NCBI GenBank assembly: GCA_977030845.1
Contig: OZ365118.1
Span: forward strand, 3,782,001 to 3,846,000
From: Fimbriosthenelais zetlandica
Lineage: Eukaryota
Direction of reading: 5' to 3'
DNA: 64,000 bases
Shown one piece after another: positions 11,464 through 24,746 of the stretch (its first letter is position 1; every line of letters starts with the position of its first letter). The translations under genes were made by a program, and so were the position numbers. The notes under the pieces were generated by a model. That model was given only the letters and a program-made list of their open reading frames with translations, did not search any database and was not told where the DNA came from.

Positions 11464-14400
11464 TCAGGTAGGTTCAGCCTGAAGTCCAGCGTTTTCAAAC
11501 CCTGAAAATAAAACATTCAAATTATAAATTCAGAAAGAAAACATTTAATCCAGCAAACTCATTGTCAAAGATAACTGATTCAATTTCCCATCGAATTTTA
11601 TAGATTTTCTTTTAAAAAGATTCAGAATAAACAGACTGATGGGCAATTCTTTGAAAATAGTAAATTTCCGAACTAAAGTCTAAAGTAACTCATGATATTT
11701 CCTCCATATGGACAGATAATGAGCAGATTAGTACTAGTCTTACCCTACAATATACTGATGGACATCCAAGGGACGATTGAGGGGGCTCTAAGGAATATTT
11801 CATCTAATAATTAATTCTCTACCACAATAATTAAGTTGATATCTACTACTAACCCCACTTTTATCCCTTTCCACATTACTAGACATTTACTTCTACTCTT
11901 ATCCAACGTTTAACAGAATAAAACAGCAGGTTAATTATACATTTATAATTGCCACATTTTAAGGCAATTTAAATGAGGAAATCAAACGAACAAAGGCAAA
12001 GAATGAACCTCAGGATAAAAGGAACCAAGAAGAAGATGAAAGCACTGAGTACAGCCAACATGGTAGTAACAATCATGCAGGAAGCGTGGACACTGTGCTA
12101 TTGTGTATATTTTCAGTCTATGTTCTGTGCATATATCTAGTGTAATAATGCATGTACATGATATAGTATCATTCATACAATGTTCAGTATCATTCCAAAG
12201 CTAGGCCACGCATCTGGGCTTGACTTTTTAAAAGACAAACTAAAGAATTAAAATTAAAGAAGCCAGATTGCTGGGAGTCATGCTGGGTGGGGGAAAGCAG
12301 GGACACCATTGTATCTTTGTACATATTTATGTCAATGTGGGATAAAAGGGGAAATCTACCACGAGGCATTCTCCCAACCAAAGAACAGAAACACACAACC
12401 GAACTAAAGATCGCAATGTTGAATGATCCCATGTGTGCAACCAATATGCCAAATCATGACGCAGATTAACATTGCTTGTGTTGGATTTGGGTGTTGTCCC
12501 ATCATGATTGAGTGCATTTTTCTGACATTTCTGGCTATTTATGACTGTATGTTGTGTTGGACAAACTAAAGATTAACAAGCACCTTGTTTTACTCATCAT
12601 AGTATTGTGTTGGGGAGATGGTCCCGTCAGTGTACGCCTGGAGATCATAATCCCCTGTAGAAAAAGGTCAGTGGAAAAAAAACTGTCAAAACTCAGAGAA
12701 ACTCACCACGACAAATAGAGAACAGAAATCACCAAATCATGAGCATAGACTATAGGTGAGGGTGGGGTGAGAGAGGAGGAGCAGCCTGCGACAAGATCAA
12801 AACCATGGGAGATGCAAGACTACATCTCTCCAAGAAAAAATCATTTCCTGATCAATGATCAATGAAATGAAAGTACCTATTCCTATCAGAAAGTCCCAAT
12901 AACCCCACAGATTAGCGGCTAATTGGAATTCAAATCATAACCTAAGAATCTTATATAGTTGAATGGATTAAATATATAGACCATCGTCCCAGAGTGGTAT
13001 ACCCATATTATTGGAGGTAGAAAGTATATGGACAGACTAGGAAAAACTGACACCCTGAAAGCTATCTAGGATAGAATAAAGAACCAGATATTTGAGGATA
13101 GGTTATAGTTTAACAGCAGCAGGGTATGAAGCAGGCCCCTCCATTCACCATTCTATATTAGTCTCTCAAATTGATCAACTCACCACCCTTATTTACTGTA
13201 TCGCTGTAAAAGTTTACAATTTATAAATTACAGTAATATTCTTATTGTTAGTCGTATCCCCTCCGTTAATCTTTAACATCTTATGAAAGGATTTTAAGTA
13301 ATGCAGAAGGACTAAGGAATATGGACATACAAGATGTATTCTTAATATGAACATTTCTTAATTTGTAATTAATGACAGTATCCACTATTTAATGTTAGTG
13401 TTCGTCAATACGTTCCATAAACGCTGGATTGAAATAAAGCCCCTCCAGGGAGGGAGCGAGGGTCAGTTGTCTTAGCTTTGTAAAAAAAAAAAAAAAAAAG
13501 CTGGTCTGAAGGAAATAAATTAAGTGAGAAGAAAAATAGAGGGAGTTAAAAAGACATACCAGGGTTCCCATAGAAATCAGAAAATCCATAACTTTTCATA
13601 GTTTTCCCGTAATTTTTGCAAAATGATTCCATAACTTTTAAACTTTTCCCGAGTTTTTCAAGGATTTTCGTGAACCAAGGGAATCCTGGCTAGTGATAGG
13701 GTGAGTATGTATGATGATTAGGCTTACCTGGACCATCCACGTCTCCTTCCTCCGCCCACCGCTGTCTCTGACCTAACAAACTATCATAGTCCTCGTCCAC
13801 CGTCCTGATAGGGTAGGTTACTCCATCTCCAAAACTACAAAACAAAATACCAACAATTATACAAACTATACATTCAATTAAATTACTACTTCTGGATCAA
13901 TCCGAAATGAATGTTCTTATTCAGGGAGACGCAAAATTGCTCATCAAATTATAAATTTTCATGGCGATAATTTCAAGTAATTTTCTAGTAAATACCCAAA
14001 ACGGCAAAGTATACAAATAAGTATTTTATATTTCAGATAATGCCCAGAATGGATTTTTTCATTGGGGTTAATATTTCTGGTTCTATAAAACTAGCATCAT
14101 TGTAGTTCCTAATTCTTAGTCATTTTATCAAACAGAACTTAAGGAGCCGGTCAACTACTGCAAAAAAAAGAGGATTAATAATACTGTAATTTACTGAAAA
14201 TACTACGACTTGGCTGGTGAAAAACAGAGTAAATGCTAATAAATGACAGGAGATTCTAGCGCTAGATTCTCGCTCAATAATTTGCTTAGGAAGCCCATAT
14301 ATATCCAGGGGTACCACAGGGTAAAAATATTCTTGAAAAATTGGACAATTTTTGGACAAAACACTATGACAACGACCTCTAGTTATAATCCTAATATGAC

Positions 14401-17400
14401 AACGTGAATAAATGAATTTAAATACGGCTGAATAAATATGACGACTGACGAAAATAATCTGTCAAAATAAAGTTAAACATGTATGCCGTTGTACGCGAAG
14501 AAGTGCAAGTCTAGTAAAGGAGAAAATTGTGCTTCTTCAGTGAAAATGTTTTGGGCCCTTAGTTGTTTTATATTTTCTTGTGAATTATTTGAAAAATTCT
14601 TCTTCGTTAAGCTTTTTTTGAGGGGAGGGAATGTATTTTTTACTCTTGAAAAAAGAGGCTGAAAGGCTGCAGGCAGTTCTTGAGATTGGCAATAGACTAA
14701 ACCTTAGCATCTAAGCTTCGCTGTTAGTAATATACAATCCTTCATTCCTATTCTTACTTACATATACTCCTATAACATTCTTTTTATAACAAATGACATT
14801 TGAAATATAACTGCTACCTAAATTAAACTCAAGTGTAATGTATGATACGTGCGATAACAGAAAAGATGAGAAAAGCACGCACAAGACAAGTTATTAACAT
14901 AGACCAGCACTCCACTCAATATCCGCCGATATTACATCGTCACTTGACGGCTCTAAGGTTAGTGGTGAAATAAAGGGCGGGGATGAGGCGGAGAGAGAGG
15001 CACACACCACAGCAGAACTAGCAAGGTTGAGAAAAGTGAAAGGAGAGAGAGGGATCTAACCCTATATGACTATAAGTCAAGCTTGTGGGCGTCTCCGTGC
15101 TAGGAGGCAAGATGTCCGAACTAATAGGCAAACTCTCAACTGGACTGAAAACAAAGAGAAGGGATGATTAGATGGGCGGAAGAGAGGGGGCGTGGCCCAG
15201 GCCAGGTACAACAGGCTCCCACCTACTGTATGGTATTACCTAGTACTTTAGTCTTTACGTTAAACCATGACTGGTGATGAGTGCTATAATAAATTAACGG
15301 TAGTGTATCTCTAAAGTGCTACTATAATGTACTCCACCCCACACGTGATTGACAAAGGAAATAAAAGGAAGAAAGGGTGAGAGAAAGATGAATATTGTAG
15401 TTACATATGACAGTCAATTTTGGTATAATATCGTTTTCAAATATCCAATATGCTAAATGAGTCTTGAACCATCATGTAATATAATATTAAAAGTTTCGAC
15501 ACGAAGTTAATGGAAATATATGTATGAATTTGGGAGCTTCATATTTGGATATATTTTTTGAGACTCTGCAAAAAAATACATGGAACATTCGAGGAAACCT
15601 AATTCATATTCAAAGCGTATGAAACATAGGGCCTAGAATCCATTTTTCTCTGGCCGCATTTATACAAGTGACTTAAGTCAATTTATAGAACCTTAATAAA
15701 TATATGAATTTCTCAGAGGAGGGAGCAGATATTTACAGAGGTTTTTAAGATTACACAAACTGAGAATGAACGTGATAAGCATTTAGAAGTGCAGTCATGT
15801 AGAGAGATGAATGTGAGAGAGAAATGGTGCATTCTCCGTGCACGCACTCAAACATTGAAAGCTTCGGTTAAAACAGGAGAAGGTAAGGTCCTCATTCAAA
15901 GCTCTGGTCATTCAAAAAAAGATTAAAATCCATGTTTATATAGTCCAATCTATCCCCAGAAAAGTTAGTTTATTGGAATTTGAAGTAGAGAGATGTCTTC
16001 CAAGAAATAACATAAGAAAGATATAGGTACTGTATTAGAGATTGAAATGAGTGAAATGAGATTGAAATTAGTGAATGAAATGAGATATCTTAAACCCAGA
16101 AGCTGAATGAGGCCCTAGTTATTTCATGATAGTTGTTAGATGACATACACACCAAGTTAAAGGAACATAAGATATTCAAATAAAAGTCATGGAAAATCAA
16201 TTTTGCCAATATCCTTGAGTGTGTGTACGAGTTAGAATATAAGAATAAAATTCCATGATTGTGAATAAGAAATAAAAATGAGTGTTATTAGAAATCACAC
16301 CATGCTTTCTCAGTCAGAATTTAAACTCTCCCAAAGTCATCATCAGATGGGGCAAGGTCAAAAGGTCAAAAGTTGAAGGTCAAAGTGAGAGAAGACTGTT
16401 GTACCTTGGCGCTGTATTTTCCATAGAGGAGTAGGTGGCTGAGGGCTGGGCCACTCGTGTGGGGTAAGTCACCCCGTCTCCAACACTGAAAGCCGCAAAA
16501 ATAGCATTAATAAGTCAGGGCACAAAAGGAGGGGTACAACCGTAACGCGACCAAAGACGGGTACACAAGGAGGTGGGGTACAACCATAACGCGACCAAAA
16601 AACGCGGAGAGAGAGAATGAGAGAGAGAGGCCAAAAACATGGTGTTAACAATCTACCGCGGTCAGCCTGAAGCTCGCAAACCCACACTTAAAGTATGTAT
16701 TTATATTGTAATAAACTGTTCTGCAGTCACACTTGTTGTATCATAAACCTGTCCTTATTACGTTTCCTTACCACTTATCTTTAAGGGTAGAGCAATAGAA
16801 GGGCATAGAAGGAATTCCGGAGGAGGGTTTGGAAACATGAAAGGAGTAGCTGAGTATGTTGTAATAGTGGGACAATAAACCACAAAATACTGCTAGACCA
16901 ACAACACAAAAGGCTGAAAACAATCAAATTACATCTACTTCAAATTGACATTGGCTCCCATAGAAAAAATAACAAAATAAAACATAGGGGAAAGAAGGGT
17001 GGATGATTGAAGGCTGAAGCATGATCTGGTACTATCAGAGGTTTTCTCAGTAAGAAGCTGGGATCAGAGTGAGATACTCACCTTGTAAAGACCGGAAGGA
17101 ACCACATCTTGGTGTCATCACCAAAGATTTCTATGAAGTTGCCTTGGCGACCTAAACTGAAGCCATCTTTGTCAGGGCCGCTTCTGAATATGGGCGCTCT
17201 AAAGGATTCTGAAATAAAGAGCAATAAATGTCTAGATATTTCATAAAATATATAGAAAGCTGTATTAAAAATGATTAGCCAAGCATGAACAATTATCATC
17301 TTAACATATGGATTATATTATGAAGCTTTTAAATATTTAGTGACTCACCTCAGACTGCAGACTGACTTGAACGAAATAACCACTTACCTTCAACGTAACC

Positions 17401-20400
17401 AAGCTTTTCCAAAACTCACCCAAAAAATAATCAACTCTAAAATTATGTTCCCCAAAAGAAAAAAGAAATCCTCAGTAACTTGGGCTTTAAAAGAGCTTCG
17501 GAGACAAGCTTGGGTTACCTTTTCCTATCAGTCTATCCTTCCCGCAATTCCTTCTAAGTTTAATGAAACCAGCAAAATCTAGAAGGAATTTACCAAGATA
17601 AACCTTAGCAGTTACTCCTGTCAGGGCCATATGTTCCATCCTCCCATTTCAGGCTTCCATTTGCTAAGGAACTCTCTGACAGATAAGGAGTGTGAAGTTT
17701 GACTGATATAAACCTTTTAGGAGTTACATACCCAGTGTGCTCCTATTCCTAGAGATGAGCCACATGTGGTAGCCCCAGAGAGAAATGACGCTGATAGCAA
17801 ACATGACAGCGGCGAAGAATAAAAACAGTATGTGCAGTTTGTTCAGGCCGCTACCGGTGGGCAGATCCTAGAAACAATGTAAAACCATGACAGGGAGGGG
17901 GTGGTTAGTTCTAACTGATCACCTAACTCTGACCAACGCCGGACCTACAGGGAACTAGACACACCTTGACCCTGTAATGGTCAGTCAATGTCCATTAACT
18001 CCATGGACATTAAGACTGGGGTTAGTATTAGGGACAAAACGCATCCACTCACATAATCTGAATACACACTCATTCTCCCATGAACCGACGGAGCCTGACA
18101 TCAGTATTTCAGATTCAAAAGCAGAATACTGAGGGGGTGGGGGTGGGTGGTTGAAAATCGAGGAGCCCTATGTTCCATGCCTTTTAGAGGTAGAAGGGAG
18201 TATAAATATGCCAAACAAGACAGAAAATAGAGGCAAGGAAAAGTTAAAAGTGATTATATATTACAGCACTTGGAAAAGATTTGAGAAAAATTGTGGCAGG
18301 CTGGGGGTGTTCAAAGAATGCGTGCACTGTGTGGGGCGATCTAACCTAACAAACCGGCTAGAGAAAAGAGAAAGAAACTGAGACAAAATAATCTACTTCA
18401 CCTTCAATGCAGACCCCATCCACTATATCAAATGCCCAAGTCATGGATGGTTTCAATTTGACAGAGCAGACAAATAGTGTAATCACTTACCATTCAAGTA
18501 TCAGAAGAATAAATTCGTGAACAGGCAGTTCTGACTTACTTCTAATAAAAGACATGACATCTGCTAGCCCCCATTTATAGCATGCGTGTAGGTAAAGTGC
18601 CCAGTTAAAAAATGAAATGATATTGTGGGTAAATAGTAATAGAAAAAAGATCAAAGATCAAGCATTTATATAGTAAAAGGTGTATATTATAATAAAGGTA
18701 GAATAATTAAAAGCAGCTGAGGTCTAGCAGAAGCCATGACATTCTAACAAACCCTGAGATGTCCACAGTCAAGACTCGGTCTGGGTGAGGGCCGCATTCC
18801 ACTAAACAGAGCATCAATCAGATGGATACCAGATCCCTCCATTCTATTTATAACCCAAGGCAAATTTCAACTTCATTGGCAGTAATGGGACCTTTACATG
18901 CCTTTCTCTCGGGCCTATACACACCTATACATTAGCAATATTCGAGGCAGAAGGACAAGTGGAAAATTTAGAGTCTGCTTGGGGAATCGAACCAGGGACT
19001 TGGGGGTTGAGCCAAAGGGACATTTCAGCACGATTAGAAGAGGAGGATTAGTGAAATATCTGATGAAGTATCTGTTTAGTGGAGCATGGCCTTTAGAGGG
19101 TGGGGGGAGAGTAGTGGATCAGGCCCCTCTGTGGACGTACCTAAGGTAGAGCGGTTGACTGAGACGAGGTAGCAATGGTAGCCGAAGAGAGAGATGAGAC
19201 TAATGGCGAACATGACCGCAGCAAAAAACAAGAAGAGCACGTGAAATTTGCCCATCCCTTGATCTGAATCTCCCTGAAATAGAGATGTAACTGGCTGACA
19301 AGGTGCGCAGCCGGTCTGAGGCTGCTTCAAATTATAATCAAATCAAACAAATATTAAAATTAGACTCCATGCGATGACGGGCATCTTTCTATGATCATCT
19401 AGCATGAAATGAAAGCTCTGCCAACAAAATGGCAGAGCACCGAAGTAGAGGTATTTTTCTAAGGGGCATATATATTGATTACATAAATTCTATAATCAAA
19501 ATGGTAGGAAAAGCATATTGTACTACCCTATAGTCCCTTTTTCAACAGGAGACTTAGGATGAAGCACAGACGATAAAAGATGACGATAGGAAATACTAAA
19601 ACATCAATGAATCATGCATTGTACCATACATTTTTCCATGGGGAACCAAGAAGAAAATAAGAAATTAAGGGGAGATGGGCGCGGGGTTAAGGCGAGGTCA
19701 ATATTATACAACATGGTTATAACAGACTCCGTAATTCAACATTCACCATAAACATTGAGCATTCATTCACCTAATTCTCACATTCATTAAGCATTAATGT
19801 TGGGGAATCATGTCTAGTTCCTGGTAGGCCAGGCGCGCAGATGAAAGGTTTCACATCAATTATTGCGCAATGTGAGAGAAAAGGTTACATAATATCCTGA
19901 AATTCAGCATCAATTATAAATCAATAAATTTATAAATATGAATCAAACCTTGATAAATGATTTCAGGACTACTCTATGATATAATAAGTTACTGTATCGG
20001 GAATAATTTGTAATATTTTTAACCATATTTCTTCATATTGATACAATACATATTGCATCCAGATTGGAATGAAAACGATGATAAAAACAGCTAGTGCAAT
20101 GACTAATGAATGTGGCTAGTAAACACTCTCGTGCTATAAAGGACCAGATTCTATTAAATCTCCAATCTGCGACACATCATGACAACTTGGTCGCGACAAA
20201 TACATGTGCAGCGCATGTAGCGACAATAAAACGACAAACAAGGAAAACTTCTATGAATTCCTCCTATAAACTTCCCAGCAGTGTTTTGAAGGATACTGTC
20301 CCTTCACCAAAGTCCGGGGTACAAACCAAGGTATTTATAAATATCAAAAAATAATTCAAAAATAATTTTAAGTCATGGGTCAAGTTTGATATAGAACACC

Positions 20401-23400
20401 GACATATTCACGAACTGTAAGCCTAGAGCCGCTACGAGTGGCAGAGAGGAGCTCAAAAACTTTACACTTACGTATTTCCAGGCCCAACTCTAGGAAAATT
20501 TTTGAGCAAAATGAGTTAACATTTTTGGGGGATTGCAGGAAAATATTTCAAAACACTGCAGGGGTGACAGAACAGGCCAAAACCATATTAACCATACATC
20601 GTTAATATCCGATTCACTGATGGATAACCCTTCTCATTTCTTTCATGTTCTCTTCAACATGAATACTTTTAGTTTTGTTTCAGAGAAGACTCTCTATCTA
20701 AAATGCCAGTGAATACATACCTCCAAATGCCTTAGATTTTATATTATAAATTATAAAAACAATATAAAAGTTTGCCCTGAATTCATGTCTTGTATATGCT
20801 CCTTTCCACAAGATATTCAAACAATTTTCAACCAACGCAATCAAGACAACATAGAGAACAAATTTCGTAAAGAAAGAAATATAAGAAACGATATGAAAAC
20901 AGGGCAATGCCCTCAGTCTAGTGGCTAAGTGTGGTCTACACTCAAGTGTAGGTCTAGATATATGCAAAATAATGAATAGAAATGTGACCAGATGTTCTAA
21001 GTGCACTTGACGCTCTAACCTGCTCTGTGGTGGAGGGCTGCTGGTCCTTATGCTGCCAATAAATAATTATGATTCAAAGACTAATATAAAACTATTCCTA
21101 CCCAGAAAATAAAAACTGGAATAAACAGATTAATAAGGCAAACCAAACTCTACATATATCTAATACTGCAGCTTAGCTAATCTGCCGAAAACGCAGGTCA
21201 AGGGGCCCAAATACTTCTTCTTTAAAAAGAATAAATTTTGATCTATTGTTTCTAAGTCAAGAATACAGAAATGAATGGAAAACATACAATATCTAACCAG
21301 GAGTCTGTCAACTTGAACCAAAACAGAATTTGGAACGAAGATATAATATCATGGAACCGGTCTGTGGCCAGGTTTCTTTGGGGACATTGAAATAAACCAG
21401 ATATTAACTAAGCTCACATTGTCTAATTATTCCTGTGAACTTTAATTAATTGAACCTTGGTGTAGTGTAAGACAAGAATTAATCTAAACCCTAGGACATG
21501 GAAAAGACTGAGCTATGAAAATATTGTGGAACGTATAATAAGAAATATATTGGATTAGAATGTAAGAGAATATAAATGTAACTTACCGTCCAGAATTTGA
21601 TGAAATACTGTAACGATGTAGCAGCAACATAAATACAGTAGACGAAGGCGTAACCCAGGAAGAGCACAAAAAACTTGTAGTTTGTGAAACAAACACAGTT
21701 GTTAACCCATGGGCAGTGATGGTCCATTTTTAGCACGCATCTGAAAGTTGAGATTATCCATTGTTAAAACTTGTATTCCAAAATCTGTTATATTTTAAAT
21801 AAAAAAAAATAGCAGGAGATGGAGAAAAGCAACACTTACTGTCCACACACTGAACAATGGTGTGCACGATCTGGCTTTATACATTTGCATTTTTCACAAT
21901 AACGAATTGCTGAAAGATAAGAAAGAAAACTTCAACTTCTATTGCTTATTTCTTAAGATAGTTATTTTAAAGGAGTTCGGATCTAAATTTGAATATTTTA
22001 TATTGGTCTTAGTCCAAAAATAGTCGAAAGTTTTAATGATGCCAATTAGAGGGGAGAGGAGTGGGAGTGGGAGACCGTGGAGAGTGGAGAGTGAAGGGGT
22101 GGGAGAGTGAGTGGGTGTGAGAGTGAGGGGGTGGGGGGGGGGGGGGGGTGAGTGGGTGTGAGAGAAGAAGTGAAGGCTTATTGCAGACTTACACCCGGAG
22201 GCTGTTCTGTTCTGAACCGGCAGATTTCGAGCAGCTCTCGCTAGGATCTCTTTTTGTATCTCCTCATTTTCCTCCCTCTCAAACTGGTCCACGTCACCTC
22301 GTGACAGGTAGAACTGTGAAAATCACAAAAAAAACATCTTATTAACAAAGGTTCATGGTTGATGGACGGGCAGGGAATAAAAGCGAGCAGGTCTTCATTC
22401 AGAACCTGCCACTCGGACATAAAACCAACCAGATATAAACTTATGCTGAGTCTAAGAAATAGGATAATTTGACAATTATATCGAGACATTTATATTTTCC
22501 ATTTTGAATGATTATATGTTTTATTCCTAACTGTTCAGGAACTAATAAATCCATCATATATTATTTTCAAACTATATTCAATCAATCATTGAAGGTATAG
22601 ACGGTACAAAAAAGACCATATTTTCACTGAAAAAGAACTGAAATTAAAAGGCTAATTAGAGGTTATAATTAAACTTTGGGGAGGGGGATATGATGGGAAA
22701 TACCCCTCGTTCTTTCCCTCTCTCAGGGGGAGGGGGCCCAGCCTAATTTCCCCCTATATAACCTACCTCTTTAGGTACGGATCCCGCCTCTGTGAAGATA
22801 GTTTGCCAATAAGCCCAGGCAAACATGACCATGATGGGGTGATAGCCCACCAAGTAGAGCACTGAAAGAACACCCCAAGTCTATCACCTCCTGGTCATTA
22901 TCACTTGTCATCACTGACCACTGGTCAACACTGACCACTGGTCGTCACTGACCAACACTTCATCCTGTGCTCTAACATGCCGACTTGGGGTGCAGCTTCA
23001 TGCGATGATCAATAGTGGACAAGGGAGTCTGTCTGGCTTTCATTCAACATGGGTTTTTCCCCCAACAAATATTTATTTCCACAGTAATCTAAAATTTACC
23101 CTGATTTCCCTGTGAATTTTATTATTTCACAATTAATGTAAAAGAGAGATAATCTCTCCAGAAATATTTACATGGTGGGATTATAATGTATGGATTAGAT
23201 TATCCAGCCAGACAGTTAAATCCCTCGAACACTTACAGTCTGTGAATACATTCATGTACAGGAAGATCCTGCCTTACTTTGGGACTAATTTATAGGATCT
23301 TCCTCCACATTTATCCTTCACAGACCAAACATAATATTTTACAACAGAAAAAACAGAGTAACTCACATTTTTTGGCGCATGGCCAGGATCTGTGAAGATG

Positions 23401-24746
23401 GTCCTCGCATATGACCAAAGGAACATGAAGAGGATTGGATGGTAGAGAATAAGGTACACCACTGTAAGCAGCAGCACATGCAAGAAACCAGGCAAAACAG
23501 AACAATAATAAAGGCGTATATATAGACTGTGCTAAACCAGGGGCAATAAACACTTATAATACAGACTGACTTATAATACAGCGCTTAAATCAAAATAACA
23601 CTACAACTCATCATAAGGACAAATTAATCATCAGAAATAAGGTTATGCATACTGATACACTACTCTAGCACTGGTACATGACTGAATACATAGATTTAAG
23701 GCGGCCAAAGGGGGCAACTACATTACTTCAGGTCTTACAAACTATAATGTAAAGATTTCTGTACAGGGGAAGGGATAATGCTGCCAATAATTCTGATCCA
23801 TATATAAAACAATTTAGCTAAGTACTTCTACACACAAAAGATAAAACAATAACTTGAATGGACAAATGCTACACAGATGATGGATGTGTATGATGTGTAT
23901 TGGAAGTAGAGGGTATTTATCAGACAAATATCAACAATACTATCAACAATACTATCTCCCTTTTGATGATGATTTAACCTTTACTTTATCAGTAACAACT
24001 GATTGACTGCATGTCTTGCAGATTCTTAATGTAATGTCATAAATTTCATGATATAACACATAAAAACCGGCATATTGTTAACATGACTTAAATACAATGT
24101 ATCAATGTTCTAGATCAGATGAAAGATACCTACATTTCTCAGGAATATTGTCTACTGTGACTGAAAAGCAGAAACAAACATACCTATTAGTACACTACAG
24201 CATTTATTGAGATCATACCTAGTCAATATTAATTTAACTGTCACATGAGTCATTCACAGGGTTGACATGTCTGTACCAGACTGGAAAGCCTGTACTGACT
24301 ACAGCCTACACTGGCTACAGTACTGTACGGTACAGGGTCAGGGGTGAGTGAGGGGAGTGACACTCAATTCGTGACACACCCCCTCCCAGAGCTCGATATG
24401 TCACACCCGGATACTTAAAATCAATCTATAAACACCATTTTAACCATACAACCTTAATGGACACATCAGTTTGGTGTATTTAATCCATGGAGATGACAGT
24501 GACAGTGTCACAGACAGTGTCAGTCTCGTTAAATAAAGCCAAGGCTAAGCCTACCTCCAAACCGACACTGTCTTTGCCGACAGACACAAAACAAACGACC
24601 GTTTCTACGATAATAAAGAAGTCCTACTTACATAAACACATCTGAATAACGTAGGCATAGTAAGACCACACAACTACAGCCGTAATAAACACTACAGGCG
24701 CCCATCGTATAATCGCAAAACAGATATTTAGAAGTTTCGGTGCCAT
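11464..24746 (-). CDS. ZDHHC2: DHHC palmitoyltransferase, ZDHHC2/15/20 family (about 355 aa in the reference isoform)
   Basis: Phase-consistent exons (minus): 24632-24746 (MAPKLL...VIQMCL), 24134-24160 (27-nt FTVDNIPEK), 23367-23461 (TDPG), 22193-22313, 21840-21909 ([21 protein letters not shown]), 21587-21740 ([12 protein letters not shown]), 19141-19273 (TM4, RSTLE), 17082-17208 (FRAPIF...WFLP), 16405-16485, 13728-13834, 11464-11501 ([12 protein letters not shown]). Total 1068 nt. Probably co-orthologous to vertebrate ZDHHC2, 15 and 20. Confidence 0.95.
12590..12654 (-). CDS. ZDHHC2: Candidate alternative terminal exon of ZDHHC ([21 protein letters not shown])
   Basis: Strong acceptor cctttttctacag. 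Phase 1 matches the donor of exon 13728-13834, and the frame is open to TAA at 12590-12592. Confidence 0.55.
13560..13688. mobile_element. ~130-bp MITE-like element with CAGGGTTCCC/GGGAATCCTG termini
   Basis: 10-11 bp imperfect terminal inverted repeats beginning CAGGG, as in many hAT elements. No clear target-site duplication. Confidence 0.5.
15061..15144 (-). CDS. ZDHHC2: Candidate 84-nt symmetric cassette exon of ZDHHC ([27 protein letters not shown])
   Basis: Acceptor cccttctctttgttttcag, donor GG|gttaga, phase 2-2, open frame. A second in-frame acceptor at 15120 gives a 60-nt form. Confidence 0.55.
16405..16485 (-). CDS. ZDHHC2: 81-nt symmetric exon ([26 protein letters not shown]), paralogous to exon 13728-13834
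   Basis: tttcag / AG|gtacaa, phase 2-2. It starts with the GDGVTYP motif, as does exon 13728-13834 ([12 protein letters not shown]). Confidence 0.8.
17732..17867 (-). CDS. ZDHHC2: Second, mutually exclusive copy of the ZDHHC TM4 exon
   Basis: Acceptor ttgtttctag, donor CTGG|gtatgt, 136 nt, phase 0-1 like exon 19141-19273. Encodes [45 protein letters not shown](E). Confidence 0.9.
18972..19030 (-). mobile_element. tRNA-derived SINE-like remnant (B-box)
   Basis: Minus strand ccctggttcgattccccaagcagac; B-box at 18983-18993. Confidence 0.45.
22080..22165. repeat. Purine-rich low-complexity tract with a poly-G run
   Basis: (gagtgg)n-like sequence plus about 15 consecutive G. It is C-rich on the ZDHHC pre-mRNA, just after the exon 4 donor. 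Confidence 0.85.
22910..22956. repeat. Short ~17-bp tandem repeat with a palindromic core
   Basis: cactgaccactggtc in 2.5 copies; gacca-c-tggtc is self-complementary. Confidence 0.6.

Noticed and set aside
20186-20226. miRNA-like hairpin (tacatg...catgta core)
   Set aside because: The stem is too short and interrupted for a pre-miRNA.
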